Shown here: positions 35,302 to 37,281 of the stretch, in pieces
Numbering within the stretch: position 1 is the first letter of the stretch
How the letters are laid out: each line of letters opens with the position of its first letter
IMG/VR virus record: IMGVR_UViG_3300017965_000007
Coordinates: 1 to 37,281 of that record
Source of the DNA: a virus
Lineage: Duplodnaviria; Caudoviricetes
Direction: 5' to 3' (one strand)
Length of the DNA stretch: 37,281 nt
Translations under genes and position numbers: made by a program
The notes under the pieces: generated by a model
Databases searched by the model: none
Told to the model about the DNA's origin: nothing
What the model saw: only the letters and a program-made list of their open reading frames with translations

Positions 35302-35352
35302 TTGTACTACTCCCATTCCGATTGTGGCTGCACGTCGCGAAGGACCAGCCGG

Positions 35353-36213
35353 TTACTTCTCAAGCTCTAAACCCTCAAGATCGCTCTCGTCGGCCACGGC
35401 CCAGGCGGGCAACGTCAGCGCCACCTCAAACCCATTGCCGATGCCGGGCCAGCGCTTGTCCTGCTGGCACTGCATTAGGAGTCGCAACAGGCGCCTGTAC
35501 TCGTCGCGCCCGGCAATGATCGTGGCCTCGGGCACGTCGAACGTGACGACGTCGTACGGCTCGGTCTTCTCGATCGCGAGCACGACAAACCGCGCCTCCT
35601 CGCCCGTGAGGGTCTCGACGGCGTCGAGGTACATGGCGCACTGCACGTGGTACATGAGCCGCGCGACGTCGCGCGAAAACCAATGGGGCGTGGCGTCGCG
35701 CGTGGTCTTCACGTCGACCAGCACGTGGTCGTTCCGGAGCCAGTCGACGCGCCCCTTGCACTTGAGCCCGGTGTCCTGGTCGACCCACACGAGCGTTGCC
35801 TCGTGCGCGCCGTTGGCGAGGTAGGCCGAGGCCAGCGCGTCGGCGCGCACGGCGTCGCGCATGGCGATCGCCTCGAGGAGGTCGTCGGCCTTGATCAGCT
35901 CGCGGCCCTTGTTGGCGAGCTTGAACGCCTCCCACTCCTTGCCGCTCTTGCGCTTGCCTTCGAACACCGAGTACTCGCGCACGAAGCGCTCGGGCTCCAG
36001 GATCGCGATGTGGCCGAGCGTCCCTTTGAACATGTCGCGGCTCTCGCGCGTGCCGTTCAGGCGATAGTGCTGGTAGTGCTTCGGGGAGCGCGCGAGCGCT
36101 TTGAGCGACGAGTAGTTGACGGCCTGGATGAGGTCGTAGTGCGGGACCTGCGCGCGGCTGTAGATGCCGGGCGCGAGGTCGACCATGTCGAAGTCCGAGC
36201 GGGGGGCAGTCAT
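35353..36213 (-). CDS. PD-(D/E)XK nuclease, RecE/ExoVIII-like (DUF3799 type)
   Basis: NYSSLK..SPKHY, GTLGHIAILEP, CKGRVDWL, VDVKTT, YHVQCAMY. Confidence 0.85.
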   Translation of the reverse strand: MTAPRSDFDMVDLAPGIYSRAQVPHYDLIQAVNYSSLKALARSPKHYQHYRLNGTRESRDMFKGTLGHIAILEPERFVREYSVFEGKRKSGKEWEAFKLANKGRELIKADDLLEAIAMRDAVRADALASAYLANGAHEATLVWVDQDTGLKCKGRVDWLRNDHVLVDVKTTRDATPHWFSRDVARLMYHVQCAMYLDAVETLTGEEARFVVLAIEKTEPYDVVTFDVPEATIIAGRDEYRRLLRLLMQCQQDKRWPGIGNGFEVALTLPAWAVADESDLEGLELEK

Positions 36214-36518
36214 GGGCGCGCCACCACGTCCATCGCGGCGAGCCACGCCTTGACGCCTTCGGGCGAACTACGTGGCGCGCTCGCCAGGATCGTCGGCAGC
36301 GCCGCGTCGCACGCCTCCATCGCCTCGACGTCGCTCGCGTAGCCGTCGCCGATGAGAATGTGGTGTCGCACGGTGCAGGCCTCCTCCACGAGGCCGCGCC
36401 GGTCCCAGGCAATCGCGCGCCACGTGCCATCGCAGGTGAACACGCGAACGTCGAACTCGATGACGCCATCGGGACCCTCGTGGATCGCCGTGTGCTGCTT
36501 GATCTTGAACTTGAGCAT
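36210..36518 (-). CDS. hypothetical protein
   Basis: ATG 36518; ATGA coupling to the nuclease gene. Confidence 0.6.
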   Translation of the reverse strand: MLKFKIKQHTAIHEGPDGVIEFDVRVFTCDGTWRAIAWDRRGLVEEACTVRHHILIGDGYASDVEAMEACDAALPTILASAPRSSPEGVKAWLAAMDVVARP

Positions 36519-36553
36519 GGGTACTACCTGTCTTTCCGAGCGCGCGGCGGCGC

Positions 36554-36757
36554 TCAAAACTCGATGTCGAACGACTGCGCCTTGAACGCGCCGAAAAACA
36601 GGATGAGCGCGAACACGGCGTCGTCCCTGAGCTCGTCCTCGCGGTGGCGCTCGTACTCGCTCGCGCGGTCCAGCTCGCGCTCGACCAGGACGTCGTAGTC
36701 CTCCGCGTACTCGGGCGGCGAGGCCAACTTCCACGCGTCGTAGCCGGCGAGGCTCAC
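36554..36757 (-). CDS. small acidic hypothetical protein (LAGYDAWKLASPPE)
   Basis: GGGGAG SD; GTGA coupling. Confidence 0.6.
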   Translation of the reverse strand: MSLAGYDAWKLASPPEYAEDYDVLVERELDRASEYERHREDELRDDAVFALILFFGAFKAQSFDIEF

Positions 36758-37053
36758 GGCGTCTCCCCGTGCTTGAGCCAGCTGCGCCGCTCCTCGCGCG
36801 CCAGCTGCAGCGCGCGCTGCTCGATGGCGTCGAGCTCGTGCGTGCTCTCGGCGAGCCACGCCTCCGCCGCGGGAGACGCCGGAAACGAGCTGCCGCGCAC
36901 CACGTGGGCGTTGCCGTCGGCATCGAGGTGCACGAGCACCAGCACGGGGCCGCGGGCGGTCGAGACGTCGACGGCGGCGCCCTCGTGGACGGTCGTCACG
37001 GCGAGGACGAAGAAGTCGGGGGCGGGGGCGGGGGCGGGGGCGGTCTGCGGCAC
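36754..37053 (-). CDS. first gene of the leftward early operon, hypothetical
   Basis: GTG 6 nt after the PL -10; APAPAP encoded by a GGGGGC tandem repeat. Confidence 0.6.
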   Translation of the reverse strand: MPQTAPAPAPAPDFFVLAVTTVHEGAAVDVSTARGPVLVLVHLDADGNAHVVRGSSFPASPAAEAWLAESTHELDAIEQRALQLAREERRSWLKHGETP

Positions 37054-37059
37054 CCCTCG

Positions 37060-37089
37060 AATCTAGCTGCTTCCCTAGGGAATGTTCAA
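37060..37089 (-). promoter_or_regulatory. PL-like promoter TTGAAC-N18-TAGATT with operator TTCCCTAGGGAA (37071-37082) in the spacer
   Basis: Same architecture as PR at 1065-1094. Confidence 0.75.
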
Positions 37090-37115
37090 TCTCAAATCAG
37101 CAGGTGAGCGCAAAT

Positions 37116-37136
37116 TTCCCTAGGGCGTTGTTCAGC
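37116..37136. promoter_or_regulatory. second leftward operator TTCCCTAGGG overlapping a LexA-box-like CTA-N7-GTTCAGC
   Basis: Read directly at 37116-37125 and 37120-37136. Confidence 0.55.
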
Positions 37137-37281
37137 TCACGACGCCGGGCCCTGGCCCGATTGAGGGGGGGGGGGGGGGGGGGCCCCCGCTTGCTTCCTT
37201 GTGTTGGGCGGAAACACGGGGAAGCTGGATTGGGGGGTGTCTTTGCCCCACAAAACGCCCACGTTGCGTGTTTTTCTGCCA

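Noticed and set aside
37018-37042. GGGGGC tandem repeat as a phase-variation tract
   Set aside because: The 6-bp unit preserves frame (Ala-Pro repeat), so slippage would not switch the gene on or off
37163-37281. Poly-G run and odd terminal sequence as a terminal repeat or telomere
   Set aside because: Homopolymer G and loss of coding pattern at both ends look like low-quality read tails; no matching terminal repeat is visible

Overview
The window is a near-complete, very GC-rich temperate tailed-phage genome with a podovirus/P22-like layout: large portal, scaffold, capsid, adaptor, nozzle and ejection-type proteins, and no tape-measure or tail-tube genes. It is in its excised form, because an intact attP (3' half of tRNA-Gly-GCC, 31867-31916) lies internally next to a tyrosine integrase. 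Order: immunity switch (cI-like 417-941 and cro-like 1103-1351); rightward replication/modification genes (adenine MTase, Rep with iterons, C5-MTase-like, SLT, RuvC-like, GNAT); packaging and virion genes (8.5-30 kb); then a leftward early operon (37053 down to 30163) with RecE-like nuclease, SSB-like protein, DnaQ exonuclease, xis, int, attP and five accessory genes. The immunity region appears to wrap across the window ends, which are G-rich and probably low quality. A myxobacterial host is inferred, not shown. The most notable signals read directly from the sequence are: a CCCTAGGG-centred operator inside N18-spaced, apparently leaderless promoters; a possible Myxococcus-type LexA box overlapping one operator; eight GTGGGGGAG repeats around attP; an accessory gene block that integration would move behind the host tRNA; a direct-repeat-bounded mini-gene; a G-U-containing hairpin pair after cro; a lipoprotein moron between the terminase genes; and a tandem-duplicated tail-tip domain. 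All functional calls come from motif recognition and synteny; no database search was run.
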